The notes beneath the pieces were generated by a model. It was not told where the DNA came from, searched no databases, and was given only the letters and a program-made list of their open reading frames with translations. A stretch of DNA of 64,000 nucleotides, taken from positions 35,836,001 through 35,900,000 of the forward strand of contig NC_043010.1 of assembly GCF_006345805.1 (NCBI RefSeq), read 5' to 3'. How positions within the stretch are numbered: the first letter of the stretch is position 1; each line of letters starts with the position of its first letter. Made by a program: the position numbers and the translations under genes. Source of the DNA: Octopus sinensis. Lineage: Eukaryota. Below are positions 11,678-24,398 of this stretch, piece after piece.

Positions 11678-12165
11678 GGTGGTTGTCTATTCCTTATGCA
11701 GAATCTGACCACCTCATGTGCTTACACCTTACATCCATCATGGCGTCTGATCTGGAATTTTAAACCGGATAATGTATTGAAAAGACAGTCACATAGATTG
11801 TATACCTGATTTAGACCACCAAACCTGCACTTAAGTTCTGATCTTTGTTGATCTTAAGATGTCTTTTGAAGCCTCCGTTACATTTGATGACCTTATGGCA
11901 TACATTGCATTGACAGGTGTGCACAGATAGATAGACAGAGCAGTTAGTGAAGGTTCGTTTTTCATGGATCCACAAACGAGATTTGAGCCCAGAAAAAGAA
12001 AGGTATGCTCTGTCACAAACTGTGCGCACAGAAACGTCGCTGAGATTCACATTCTTAATTGCAACATTCTTCTTTAAATCTCTCGAGTTTTGCATGTGTC
12101 ACTCTGGCATCTTCAGAACTTTCACTCCACTCCACACTTTTGTTCCAATCTATGAAATTATTTTA
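11675..12165 (-). mobile_element. RTE-like LINE 3' end with two decayed C2H2-type fingers and 3' UTR
   Basis: EDARVTHAKL.. followed by TVCDRAYLSFSGLKSRLWIH and CNVCHKVIKCNGGFKRHLKIN. The UTR ends at a (TA)/(TG) microsatellite. Confidence 0.6.
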
Positions 12166-12269
12166 TGAGGAGTATATGCATCATAAAAAGTCAGGAGGTT
12201 TGATATATTTATTTAACCCCTCGACATCCGTAGGATTACGGCCGTTTCGCAGCCTTCGTCATGTAATAA

Positions 12270-12715
12270 TAATTTCAGTGTATAAATTACTTTACATGTC
12301 TACACCAATATGCATGCTACACACTGTACAGTACAATGTGTTGCATGCATATTCTTTTCTACTCTAGGCACAAGGCCCGAAATTTTGGATTAGATCGACC
12401 CCTGTATGCCACTGCTACTTAATTTATTGACTCTGAAAGGATGAAAGGTAAAGTGGACCTCGGTGGAATTTGAACTTAGAACGTAAAGACAGACGAAATA
12501 CTACTAAGAATTTCGCCCGGTGTGTTAATGTTTCTGCCAGCTCGCCGCCTTGTGTAGCATGTATATTGAAGCATTGATGTAATCATGGTGTTCTGTTGAT
12601 CTGAAGAGCTAGCCTTCTATATCTGCATTGATTTGTAAATGTACAATAGTACTGTGCAATGTGTAGCATGCATATTGGTGCAGGCACTTAACATAATTTA
12701 TTATGCACTTAAATT
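12270..12715. mobile_element. Old TIR element interrupted by a SINE-A copy
   Basis: caccaatatgcatgctacaca (12303) is the reverse complement of tgtgtagcatgcatattggtg (ends 12680). The SINE is flanked by gtgt(t/a)gcatg(c/t)atatt duplications at 12338-12353 and 12552-12567. Confidence 0.55.
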
Positions 12716-13128
12716 CTTATTACAAGACAAAGGCTGCGAAATGGCCGTCATCCTACAGATATCAAGTAGTTAAATGAATATATTCATTTCTCACAACTCG
12801 TGACTTATTGTGGTCTATAGTATTCTTCACGCAATAATTTCAACGCCTGGATCTCCTGGAAGGTTCGACAATTTCTTACCGAACAACCAAACAGATGATT
12901 TGTTTATAGTGATCAAATGTTTATGTAGACATAAGCTCACTCCCTCCATCATATCGACATTACCTGTACAGGTGCAACTGGGTGTCACGTGTCAGATGTC
13001 GAAGTGATCACAGAGCAACGTGAAATGTAGTGCTTTTCTCAAGAACACAACGTAACAATCGGTCTTGGAATCGAACCCTCGATCTCGCAAACGTGAGTAC
13101 AACACTCTAACAACCACTAAGCCATGCA

Positions 13129-13173
<45 letters not shown>

Positions 13174-13313
13174 TATATATATATACATATACATACATAC
13201 ATACATACTTACATACATACATATATATACATATATACATACATATATATGCACATATATATATATATACACACATACAATCATACATGTGTGCAAGTGC
13301 GTGTGTGTGTGTA

Positions 13314-13350
<37 letters not shown>

Positions 13351-13392
13351 GTATGTATAATTATAATCCGTGCATATGTGCGTGTTGAGATA

Positions 13393-13488
13393 GAAGAAGA
13401 AGAAGAAGAAGAAGAAGAAGAAGAAGAAGAAGAAGAAGAAGAAGAAGAAGAAGAAGAAGAAGAAGAAAAGAAGAAGAAGAAGAAGAAG
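13393..13488. repeat. (GAA)n microsatellite
   Basis: Direct reading. Confidence 0.98.
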
Positions 13489-14129
13489 ACTATGACAGTG
13501 GAAGATGAAAGGAGAAGAGAGTAGAAATATTGTTGTTGTTATTATTAGTATTATTTTCTTTTTAAGTTCTAAGTGAATAAAATGTAGAAAAGTATTCAGG
13601 AGTTGGGAGCGAGTTGGTGAGGAGGTGGTTAAGAAAATAAAGCAAGAAATGAAAATATCGGTTATTCTATCTTTTAAATTGTTTTTCTTTCGCAGCCAAC
13701 CTTCCTCTCATCATATAGCCCTAACATGAATTTTCACCATTGTATCTCCCACTCTTCCTTTTCTTCCACGTCTGTCATCTTATTCTTACAACCCTCCAGC
13801 CAGCAGACAGCGTCCCTATGTTATTTGTCACTCAAAACTCTTAAAATGTAGCAACCGAATACTTTGTTCCCCTCCAATGTTCGCCTGACGTCGACGTCAC
13901 CACAACCACCACCATCACCACTACCACCAATCCCGTCGCCGCTCTGGGCCACCACCATCATTCTCATCGCCACAATTATCATCAAAGACACTCCATATTG
14001 TTTTTAAAATGAAGGAAGAAATGTCTGGCGATTTATTATTTTTTTCTCGTTTTATCTCATCCGCCATTAATGCAGCCAACATCATCGCTGATAATGACGT
14101 GGGAGCTTGTATGTACTCGCTCGACCTAC

Positions 14130-14840
14130 AAGAAACTGTAGCTAAATGTTCCTCAAATCACTGCCCTACCACCTATTGTTTTGAGAAAGGAAAATACATA
14201 TCAGATTATGCTGCCCCTATATACAACCCTTAAAATGAAGGGATGATTACAACTGGAATGGTTGCGATCATGTGTCGGCTGGATCAGAACTGACTTGAAA
14301 ATTAACTAAACAAAAAAATCAAGCAAAAAAAAAAAAAACAGAGCAGCTACCCAGTTACTTTCTAATCGATCATTTGACCATCCATTTTAACTGTTCTCAG
14401 TTAAAAAGGAAGGTTGTGTCCATGATGTTCGCGGCCCATAAAAATGGTTACATTTTGAAAAAACATGACGGGAAGGTCAAAGCTGCAACAATTATGATCA
14501 TAGCTCTGTTCAGTCAGGTCTGTATAGAGCTAAACCTCATCGACATTTTCAGCTACTCTCACGCTTCTCGAACCAAAACCTGCTAGAAATAGATGCCAAA
14601 TCTCCCTGAAATCACATCCTGTCCTGATAAATAAAAGAAAGACAGATTAGTTAATATATTCGTAGATATTCAATACTCGAGAAAAATACATGATGGTCCT
14701 GGCTAGAAAGTTTTTGGTCATGGGGATACTCAGTCAGGATTGAGGCTAAATAGCGATATGCATTCTATTGAGTATTCTACAAGGCCATCCCTTTTGCTTA
14801 AAATAGCAACCAAATCTTCCTGAAATCATATTGCACTATC
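14130..14840 (+). repeat. Old degenerate interspersed repeat, three partial copies
   Basis: gctaaatgttcctcaaatcact (~14141), gccaaatctccctgaaatcacat (~14596) and accaaatcttcctgaaatcatat (~14810). Related pieces near 57130-57170 (-) and 61390-61430. Confidence 0.45.
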
Positions 14841-15159
14841 TTTTTTCCCCTTTTAGTCGGGAAGGAAAGCAGTGCCTATTATTACAGTGCTTTCGGGATA
14901 AGGTGGGGTGTGGGGAAGTGGATGTGAGAAAAGTACCCAGGAATAGGAAATCTGACTGGAATGTTTGCAACAAAATGAACTCCGCTAAAGGCAGCAAAGG
15001 TGTCAAACCATTGTGTCCAACCGGGTGACGGGTTTAAGTCAACTACCCAAGTAAGCCATGGCGGGATTTGAACTCAGAACACACACGCAAAAAATTCTAA
15101 AAAAAACGAAACAAATACCTCAAGGTATCCGTTTCAATGATTTTAGTTTCGCCAAGGCC

Positions 15160-15540
15160 TAGTCTGAAATTCCAAAGCCATCTCCCTGAAAACGCAACTC
15201 TGCATCTTCAGTTCCAGGGTCAAAGTCGTTCTTCTTTATGGGTTAGAAACTTGGAGGGTTACCAAAGCCATTAACAATAAGCTAGAGATCTTCGTCTACA
15301 AATATCTGCGTTACATTCTCAAGATCTGATGACCGGATAATATTTCAAACAGAAATTTGTGGAACAGAACGAGCCAACTATCAATCAAGAAATTTTGAAA
15401 AGGAAATGGGGCTGGATTGGTCACACTCTAAGGAGACCACCAAGCAGCATTGCAAGAGAAGTGTTAGACTGGTAATCTGAAGGAAAGAGGAAACTTGAAC
15501 AACTTAAGAAGACCGGAAAAGGATGATGCAAAAGTAATCC
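15160..15540 (+). mobile_element. RTE-clade LINE, post-RT C-terminal fragment
   Basis: VKVVLLYGLETWRVTK...ILKI..PDNISN...KRKWGWIGHTLRRPPSSIAREVLDW..GKRK is a typical RTE C-terminal region, with stops. Confidence 0.85.
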
Positions 15541-15767
15541 ATTTCTCTCACTCGTTGGTGACGATGCGAAAGTACACAGAAACGCATGCGTCGCACAATC
15601 CAATGTTGTCATTCACAGCCCAGTGTCTTCAATCAGGCCGTCTAGGAGAATATCTTCTCAAGACTATTTTCCGCAGCATAAGATCTCACATCCGAGTATT
15701 TTAGAGCGCGTCGTGTGTGTGTCAGTCTGTATATTGTGTACGTATGAATGTATGCATATGTATTATG

Positions 15768-15876
<109 letters not shown>

Positions 15877-16353
15877 CATACATACAAACACACAAGCATC
15901 TTGGGCAAGTGTCTTCTATTATAGCCTCGGGCCAACCAAAGCCTTGTCAGTGGATTTGGTAGACGGAAACTGAAAGAAGCCCATCGTATATATATATATG
16001 TATGTGTGATGTGTGCATGTTTGTATGTCTGTATTTGACACACGCACCCCGCCCAACATCGCTTGACAACCGATGGTGGTGTGTTTACGTCCCCGTAACT
16101 TAGCGGTTCGGCAAAAGAGACTGATAGAATAAGTACTAAGCTTCTAAAGAATAAGTCCTGGGGTCGATTTGCTTCACTAAAGGCGCTGCTCCAGCATGGC
16201 CGCACTCAAATGACTGAAACAAGTAAAAGAGTAAAAGAGTTAGAGTATGTTTGTGTGTGTGTGTCCTAACTTTTCATGCCACGGAAAAAATTCAAGTATG
16301 AATTAGAAACAACTCGAGGTATATGAACAAAATCGAACTCACATACACAAAGG

Positions 16354-16710
16354 TATGTGTGTTGTTAGCTCGTGGGTTGGCTGCAGCTTTTAGGCGTATT
16401 CTCTATGCGCCTGGTGTAAAAAAAACACCTGAAAGTAAGTCACAGTCAAACAAGAGAACTCACATCAGGTCTTTCCACGGAGCGACAGACATCGATATAA
16501 TTTGGCATATAGTCATAGTCGGCGATGTGGCTTGCAGCGGACCTTGTTCGGTATGCGGCATTGATAGGTCAAAACAATGACGAAATACCGATGTCTGTCG
16601 CTCCGAAGAAGGACCTGATGTGAGTTCTCTCACTTTACACCATGCACATAGAGAATATATTCTTTTACGCCTAAAAACTGCAGCCGACCCACGAACTAAC
16701 AACACATATA
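16354..16710. mobile_element. Fold-back MITE with long TIRs and possible TA TSD
   Basis: tgtgttgttagctcgtgggttggctgcag pairs with ctgcagccgacccacgaactaacaacaca. Inner gagaactcacatcaggtc...cggagcgacagacatcg pairs with cgatgtctgtcgctccg...gacctgatgtgagttctc. Confidence 0.8.
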
Positions 16711-16936
16711 CTATAATATATATATTACGTCTAGAAAGGGAGAAGTTGCACAAATTGGAACTGCTAGCATCAATTTTCCCTCGCCATGAATTACTGTCAA
16801 ACCATTCGCTTTGTTCATGAATTTTTCTAATGAATACCCGTTTTAATTAGATTTAATTGCATTTGTCCTCCCTTTCTATACATAATGAACCACAATAACT
16901 ATCATTGATGTGGAATATACAAATATTTAATCTATT

Positions 16937-17026
16937 TCTCTCCGATGACGGTATACTCCGCCTATGGAATCCTCGTTCGACATGATGTTCCAATAGCTGA
17001 GATATTCTAGAAACAGCTGTTAGAGA
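16937..17026 (+). ncRNA. Type I hammerhead-ribozyme-like motif, core mutated (CCGAUGA)
   Basis: tctct-CCGATGA...GAAAC-AGCT-GT-T-agaga gives a 5-bp stem I and the self-complementary stem III ACAGCTGT. Confidence 0.5.
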
Positions 17027-17186
17027 CTATCTAAACCTTTTATTGTATAACAAAATTTAATGTCCATGCTAAATTAAATGTCTCGCCAAATTGTTTGCCT
17101 TTTTTTCTTTTTCTGCTTTCAATTACACACACGTACCTTTTTACTTGTCTCATCTCGAGAGCCGTGGCCATGCTGAAGCACTACAA

Positions 17187-17263
<77 letters not shown>

Positions 17264-17282
17264 CTCTCTCTCTCTCTCTCTC

Positions 17283-17329
<47 letters not shown>

Positions 17330-17699
17330 TATGTGTGTGTATGTGTGTGGATATGCATACAGACACACTTAAATATGCATGTATGTATTTAAGTATGAAT
17401 ACACACACAAATACATACACACACACAATCTTTCTTCCTATCTGGCTCCCAGTTACACATTCTCTCTTCCCTTTCTCTCTCTCACTCTCTCATATTACTA
17501 AATTAGGGGTCAGCCCATATATATATATATATATATATATATACAACCCTTCCGTTCTATTGAAAACGCTAGTCTATTACAAGACTATATTTGTTGCTTC
17601 CCAGTCGGGTGTCATAGATAACCACGGGGTTGTCATCGAGGTAACCTCGCCGTTGTGTAAGGGAAATAGTGGGTGGCGGCATGGTAGGTTAGTTGTTTG

Positions 17700-18250
17700 T
17701 CAACGTGCTACTGATGATGGTGGGGACGGTGGAATAGTGATGATGATGGTGGTGGTGGTGGTGGTGGTGGTGATTGTGGTGGTGGTGGTGTTAATAGTTT
17801 TGGTCGCGGTCGCGGTCGTGGTACAGACGGTGGTGGTCGTCGTGTTTGAACTGTTTTTTGACTGCAGCGGTGGCTGTGGTGGTGGTGGTGGTGGTGGTGA
17901 TGGTGGTGGTGGTAGTGATGGTGGTGGTAGTGGCGATAGTGGTGGTGGTGGTGGTGGTGTGGTGATGATAATGATGATGATAATAGTGATTGTGATGGTG
18001 ATGGTGATGATGTTGCTGTTGTTGGTGTTGGTGTTGTTGTTGTTGTTGGTGGTGATGGTGGTGGCAGTGATATGTTATTGGGTGGTAGTAATGAGATAGT
18101 GACGGTGATGTTGATAGCAATAATGATGGAGGTATGTGGCTGGTGAGGGTTTACTGATTGCAAGGATGCTGTGTTGGTGGCAGTAGTGGTGATGATCGTA
18201 GTGTTGGGGTTATAGCAGTAAGTGGTATATTTTTGGAACTCGTAAATAAT
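17700..18250. repeat. Mixed GGT/GAT/GTT trinucleotide low-complexity tract. Similar tracts at 28000-28660, 43310-44300, 46420-46525, 59860-60230
   Basis: Direct reading. These produce the poly-H/T/V/M/S ORFs in the track. Confidence 0.95.
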
Positions 18251-18619
18251 TGTGCCATATTTGACAAATCGGGAAAGAAGAGTAAAAAGAAGAAAAGGTG
18301 AAAGAGAGAGAAATAGAGAGAGAGAGAGAGTGAGAATGCGAGAGAGAGTGTGTGGAAGATAAAGATATGAGTAAGCAAAATTGTAAGAGGGGGAGAGGAG
18401 ATGAAGAGGGTGAGAGAGAGAGTGTAAACCTGAGAGAGAAGGAGAAAGAGAAAGAAAGAAGAGCGGAAGAGTGAGGAAATGCTCACAAAAACAATTAGTA
18501 TATATATATATATTAATATATATATATATATTATAATGTATGCATATATATGATATATATATATACTATATATATATATAGCATATATATATATATATAT
18601 ATAAATGTGTGTGTGTGCG

Positions 18620-18656
<37 letters not shown>

Positions 18657-19578
18657 TGTATGCCTGTATATATATATATATAAAATATATATATGGATGG
18701 ATGGCTATATATATATATATATATATTGGTGTGTGTGTGTGGTGTGTGTGTGTGTGTGCGTGTATATATATATATATTATATTATTATATATATATATAT
18801 ACATATACAGAAAGAGAGAGAGCAAGAGGGCGGGAGAGAGATTTATAAACCGTTAATAGAGTAAAAAATAGAAAAATCATAAAATAGATAAACAAACACA
18901 GATATAAAGATAAATAAACAAACAAACAACTATTAGCTCTTCCCCACCCCACCCTCTCTTTTCTTTTTTTTTTACTTAACATAGTTAATCTTGAGATTAG
19001 CTTGACCATTTAGATGATGTCTTTACGATCAAACTCGCTGGTAAAACATGTTGGCAACAAGCGGCGTTAGCGAATAAATGAGCTAACAATTGCATTATGA
19101 GACATTTAGCTTTTCGTCTCTGCTATCGTATTTGTTTCATTTGCCGTTATTTACTCACATGTTACTACAAAATAAAAACAAAAAAAAATAGCGTGTGTCT
19201 GTGTATATTTGATACTTGTAATTTTGTTTGCTTTTTCTTCCTCGCTTTCCTTTTCTTTCTTTCCTTATCATTATGGTCTCTGTTTTTTTTTGCCATTTCC
19301 GCCATAACTCTCATATGCCTAACGCCATTTTTTAAAGTTTTGCTTTGTTACGTTCTATTGTTGTTGTTGTTGCTGCTGCTGCTGCTGCTACTGTTGCTGT
19401 TAATCTTGTAGTTAAGCATTCCTGTTAATGTTTTTGTTGTTTTGCTACAGCATCCTTGCACTGCGATGACTTTTATAGTACAACTGATTAAGCTATATAT
19501 ATATATATAGATATATATATATATATATATATGTATATGTATGCATGTATGTATATGTATATATATATATATATATGG

Positions 19579-19665
<87 letters not shown>

Positions 19666-19740
19666 TAGATATAGATAGATAGATATGCTTAAACATATAT
19701 GCATTCAACATACATTCATACATACAATAAATTTATATAC

Positions 19741-19783
<43 letters not shown>

Positions 19784-19788
19784 AAGAA

Positions 19789-19833
<45 letters not shown>

Positions 19834-19974
19834 AAAAAGAAAGAAAAGAAGGTAGAGTGAGGAAAGTCTGTCATAAGCTGTTATACAAGTACAAATAGCA
19901 AACTTGAAGACTGTTGTACAAGTACCATAATTTTTATTAAATAAAAACATCAAAACTTACTACATTCAAACCAA

Positions 19975-20500
19975 ATGTTTTTTAAAATGTGTGTTCTGTC
20001 TTCCATCGAACAAACTTGATACCGATTGGCAAGATTTGAGACATGATTCGGCTGCCAAGTCAACCAATTCTTCAATGGTTGCTGTTCTTTATCCTTGGAT
20101 AATTGTGTGGTTGCCTAGGTAGTATTTATTTTTGGCATATTCCAACAGGAAGGAATAATTAACGGCTACATCATTAGACCTTGGAGGCCATACACAAAAT
20201 TATCTTCGGCGCTCTATCAAGTACTGCTAGATGCTCGATTAACCACGCTCTTGTTAAGTTGGTAAATGAGGTGCAGGGAGCTCCGATCATGCTGGAGAAT
20301 ACATAACGGCACTTCCGTGCCTGTAAAATTTATCTCAAACATGCAAAGATTCCTAATAGCACTGCCAGGCCAGAGATTTTGGGAAGTTATCCATCGATCC
20401 AGGGCCGAAAGTCCTCTGGAAAAGAGCGTCTAGCTGATCTTCAACGCCCATAGTTACGCCAAGAACGTCGTCGCACTTTTCCTCCTTTAATCCTCTATAA
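19975..20500 (-). mobile_element. Degenerate Tc1/mariner-superfamily transposase C-terminal relic (rosa/maT-like)
   Basis: Frameshifted minus-strand remnants of the FQxDGAPxH motif and WPPRSND(V)...YSFLLEYAKNK, compared with the WPPRSPDL...W.YLK consensus. Confidence 0.55.
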
Positions 20501-20537
20501 AAAGCTAAAGTGGACGTTCTGTCTATCGTAGTGTCCG

Positions 20538-23012
20538 ATGGTGGAAAAGAAGAATCCAGGCAGGGTTAGACATGCTCTCGACGGAAATCTCCGTGTTAGA
20601 CCGAAAAGAGGAAGGGGAGCTTAACAGCGAACAAAAATACAGGGCGCTGAAAAGGAAGTATAATATTGAAAGAAAGGGCCTGAAAGTAGTAGTGGCGGAA
20701 CTGAAACAGCGCCTCGTTGCAAAGAAAGCAAAGATGGTACGATACGACCAAAGAATGAAGGGTTACCACCAGAACAGGTTATTCAGAGTAGGTCAGAAGA
20801 GATTCTATAAAGAAATAAAAGGAGGATGTACTGATGGAAAGTTGATACCAGATAACATTGAAAGTCAAAGGTTTTGGAGTGACATCTGGAGCAAAGACAA
20901 GGAGCACAAGAAGGATGCTGAATGGTTGCAAGAACTGAAACAAACAGTAGTCTATTCAAAACAGGCAGAACTAGTCATTTCAGTTAGGGAAGTGAAGGAA
21001 ATCAGCAAAAAATGAGAAACTGGAAGGCCCCAGGACCAGATGCAGTTCAAAGCTACTGGATCAAAAGATTAAGTGAATGTCATGCACGAATAACTGCACA
21101 ACTCAACACCTTGTTAAATGACGACCAAGAAACACCAGAGTGGTTGACATTGGGTAGGACAGTGCTATGCCTGAAAAACATCGAAAAAAGCAATACGGTA
21201 GACAATTACAGGCCGTTATCCTGTTTGCCACTTATGTGGAAGTTATTGACTGGAATACACACAGAGTCAATGTACAAACACTAGAAAAAAAATGGAGTCC
21301 TGCCACATGAGCAGAAAGCTTGCAAGCGTAAGTGCAGAGGTACCAAGGATCAACTCCTGATAGATAAAACTGTACTCAGAGACTACAAGAGGAGTAAAAG
21401 TAACTTAGCCATGACATGGTTCGACTATCGTAAGGCGTACGATATGATCCCACATTCATGGATTATGGAGTGTATGAACTTGTTTGGGATTGCATCGAAT
21501 GTCGAATTAAAGGACGGACTAGACAGCATACGGAAGAAGTTTAGGGGCAGTAGAAATCAGGAGGGGCATCTTCAAAGGGGACTGCCTGTCCCCACTGATC
21601 TTTGTACTGTCCTTGATAACACTGACATTGATTCTGAGGAAAGTAACAGCTGGGTATGTATTCAAAAGCCGCCAACAAAAAGTCAACCATTTATTATTCA
21701 TGGATGACCTAAAACTTTATGGTAAAGATGAAGCCCAAGTCAGTTCCTTCGTTGAGACAGTGTATACTTTCAGTACTGATATCAGAATGGAGTTCGGACT
21801 CAGAAAGTGTGGTGTGTTAGTCTTGAAGGGGGGCAAAATCAAATGTATGGATAGACTAACGATATCGTTGGAGGAGGTTATGAAGCAGACAGAAGAGACG
21901 GGCTATAAGTACTTGGTGATCTTGGAAATGGATAAATTGACGTAGAAAGAAATGACAGAAAATTTTAAGGTGGGATACTTGCGCAGACTGAGACTAATCC
22001 TTAAATCGAAATTAAATGGACGGAATAAGATCGAAGCTATCAACACCTGGGTGGTTTACTCCTTAAATATGAAGTAGGGGTAATAGCATGGACAGTAGAT
22101 GAACTATACAGCTTAGACAGAAAAACAAGGAAATTGCTGACTAGACATAGGACACTCCACCCAAAAAGTGACACAGACAGACTGTATGTACCAAGAAAAA
22201 GAGGAAGAAGAGTACTTATTGGGTGCGAACACAGCATTAGAGTAGAAGAAAACAACATAGCATGGTATGTAAAAAGTGCCACAGAACCGTAATTATTAGA
22301 ATTAGGAAGGTCAGGCTTGTGTAGGATGAAAGATTGCAAAGATAAAGCACTATACAAGAATTGAAAACGAAAGAAACTGAAAATAGGTGGGTAAAGAAAA
22401 GAATGCATGGACAATTTCATAGGGATGTCGAAGATAATACAGACAGAGAAAAACGATGGCTGTGAATGGCTAAAAGTGATTTAAAACCGGAAGCGGAGGG
22501 TCTAATCTGTCCTACCCAAGAGCAAGCACTTAAAACAAACTACATAAAATACAGAATAGACAACACATCAGAAAGTGATAAATGCAGAATTTGTGGACAA
22601 AATGGTGAAACCAGATGGCATATTACCAGCCAATGTACCCCACTAGCCCAGAAGGAATATAAGAGACGCCACGACAATATAGCCAGGCTTGTCCATTGGA
22701 CACTTTGCAACAAGTATGGACTTGACAGAGCAAAAGATTGGTACGATCACAAACCTGAAGGCATTGTCAAAAATAGAAATGCAAAGATCATATGGGATTT
22801 TATGATCCAGTGCGACCATGAGGTTGAGAACAGGAAGCCGGACATAGTCTTAATTGAGAAAGAAAACAAACTATGCTGGATCATAGACATAGCATGCCCA
22901 TCTGACAACAAGGTATGCGATAAGAGAGTAAGAAAAGTCGATAGATATGACAGGTTAGCTTGGAAAGTTAAGAAGTTGTGGTCGATGAAAAAGGTAGCAG
23001 CAGTACCGATAA
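20538..23012 (+). mobile_element. R4-clade LINE pseudogene (second family): RT, CCHC zinc knuckle and restriction-like endonuclease, disrupted by stops and frameshifts
   Basis: Peptides [83 protein letters not shown] and RKPDIVLIEKENKLCWIIDIACP (PD..D motif). Confidence 0.92.
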
Positions 23013-23508
23013 ACTTGATTCTTTGGGAACCAGATAAAATTGCTGCAGCTCGGCTGGGATGTGTTACCCCACCCTCCATATTCACCAGATATTGCTCCTT
23101 CGGATCTCCACTTATTCAGATCTCTGCAGAATAGTCTTAATGGTAAAAATTTCAATTCCTTGGATGACGTAAAAAGATACCTTGAGGAATTCTTTGCCAT
23201 GAAACCACCTCGATTCTGGGAAAAGGGTATTTTCAAGTTAAAGGAAAGATGGAGACGCATTGTGCAACAAAATGGTTCATATTTGGTTGATTAAAAATGT
23301 AATGGTTAGAGCCTTATTGGACCTAAAGGGTTACAGAATTAACACAGGTTATAGGAACATAAACCTTCTTCCACGAAAAGATAGCTTAAACTGTGCTCTA
23401 AATGGGGGTGTAGTCAAATCCTATTTTATGGACTCAACCATGTTCTAAATTAAGTCAAAAGTTAAGCTACTATAAATCGGCACGAACTTTCTGGACAACC
23501 CAATATTT
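23013..23508 (+). mobile_element. mariner transposon 3' half with right TIR
   Basis: LLQLGWDVLPHPPYSPDIAPSDLHLFRSLQNSL...KGIFKLKERWRRIVQQNGSY* (YSPDIAPSD motif). Right TIR-like cggcacgaactttctggacaacccaata at about 23478-23505. Confidence 0.9.
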
Positions 23509-23759
23509 TTCAAAGATTGAGGAGCTTCAACCAAACAGACAAATTTTTAAAAATCTTTAATGAGTTTTACGAATTAGACCTTTAAGGAGAGAGAGAAAAA
23601 GACAAACAGCAAAAGTATACGAAAGAGTTTTATAATGTTTAGCAAATGATTTCCGAATATTCTTTGATGGCGTTTTTGTATTGGAGATAGTAACAAATTA
23701 TTTCTCTTTTTACAGAATAAATATAAAGATCTGAGACAAAACCATCATCTACAGAGGCA

Positions 23760-24240
23760 CATTGCCAGAGAAGAGCAAGAATTGGAGAGGATATAAAGAT
23801 TGAATGGGGGAGAGAGAAGAGAGAGAGAGAGAGAAATGAAGGAAAGAAAGGAGAGGAAGAAAGGGGAGAGAGAGGAAGAAAATGGAAGATAGAGAGTGGG
23901 AATAAGATCCAGAAAGAAAGTAGAGAAAAGAGATACATGAAGGATAAAGAGAAAAAGATATAGAGAGAGAGTGAGTGAGGGAGAGAAAGAGAGAAAAAAA
24001 GAGAGAAAGAAAGAGAGAAAGAGAAGGAAAAAAGGAAGAGGAAGAAGAAAAGAGAGAGAGAGAGAAAAGAAGAAGAGAGAGAATGGGAAGAGAGAGAAAG
24101 AGAGAAAGAAGAGGGAGGAAGAAAATGAGGAGGAGAGAAGGACAGAGAGAGAAAGAGATAAAAAGAGAATGAAAGAGAGTGAAAGAGGGGGAGAAAGGGA
24201 GGGAGAAGGGGGAAGTAGGAAGAGAGAGGGAGAGATTGTG
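23760..24240. repeat. Polypurine (GA-rich) low-complexity tract
   Basis: Almost only A/G on the plus strand. Confidence 0.95.
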
Positions 24241-24366
24241 ATGCTGTTAAAAGCCGTAAATTAAAGTGTCATTCTGTTTACAATTTTTTCGTTTACTTAA
24301 CCTTTACACACAACTCTTTCTCTCCCTCAAACCCCGACTCTAATTTCGTCATTGTCCTGCTTGTTG

Positions 24367-24398
<32 letters not shown>

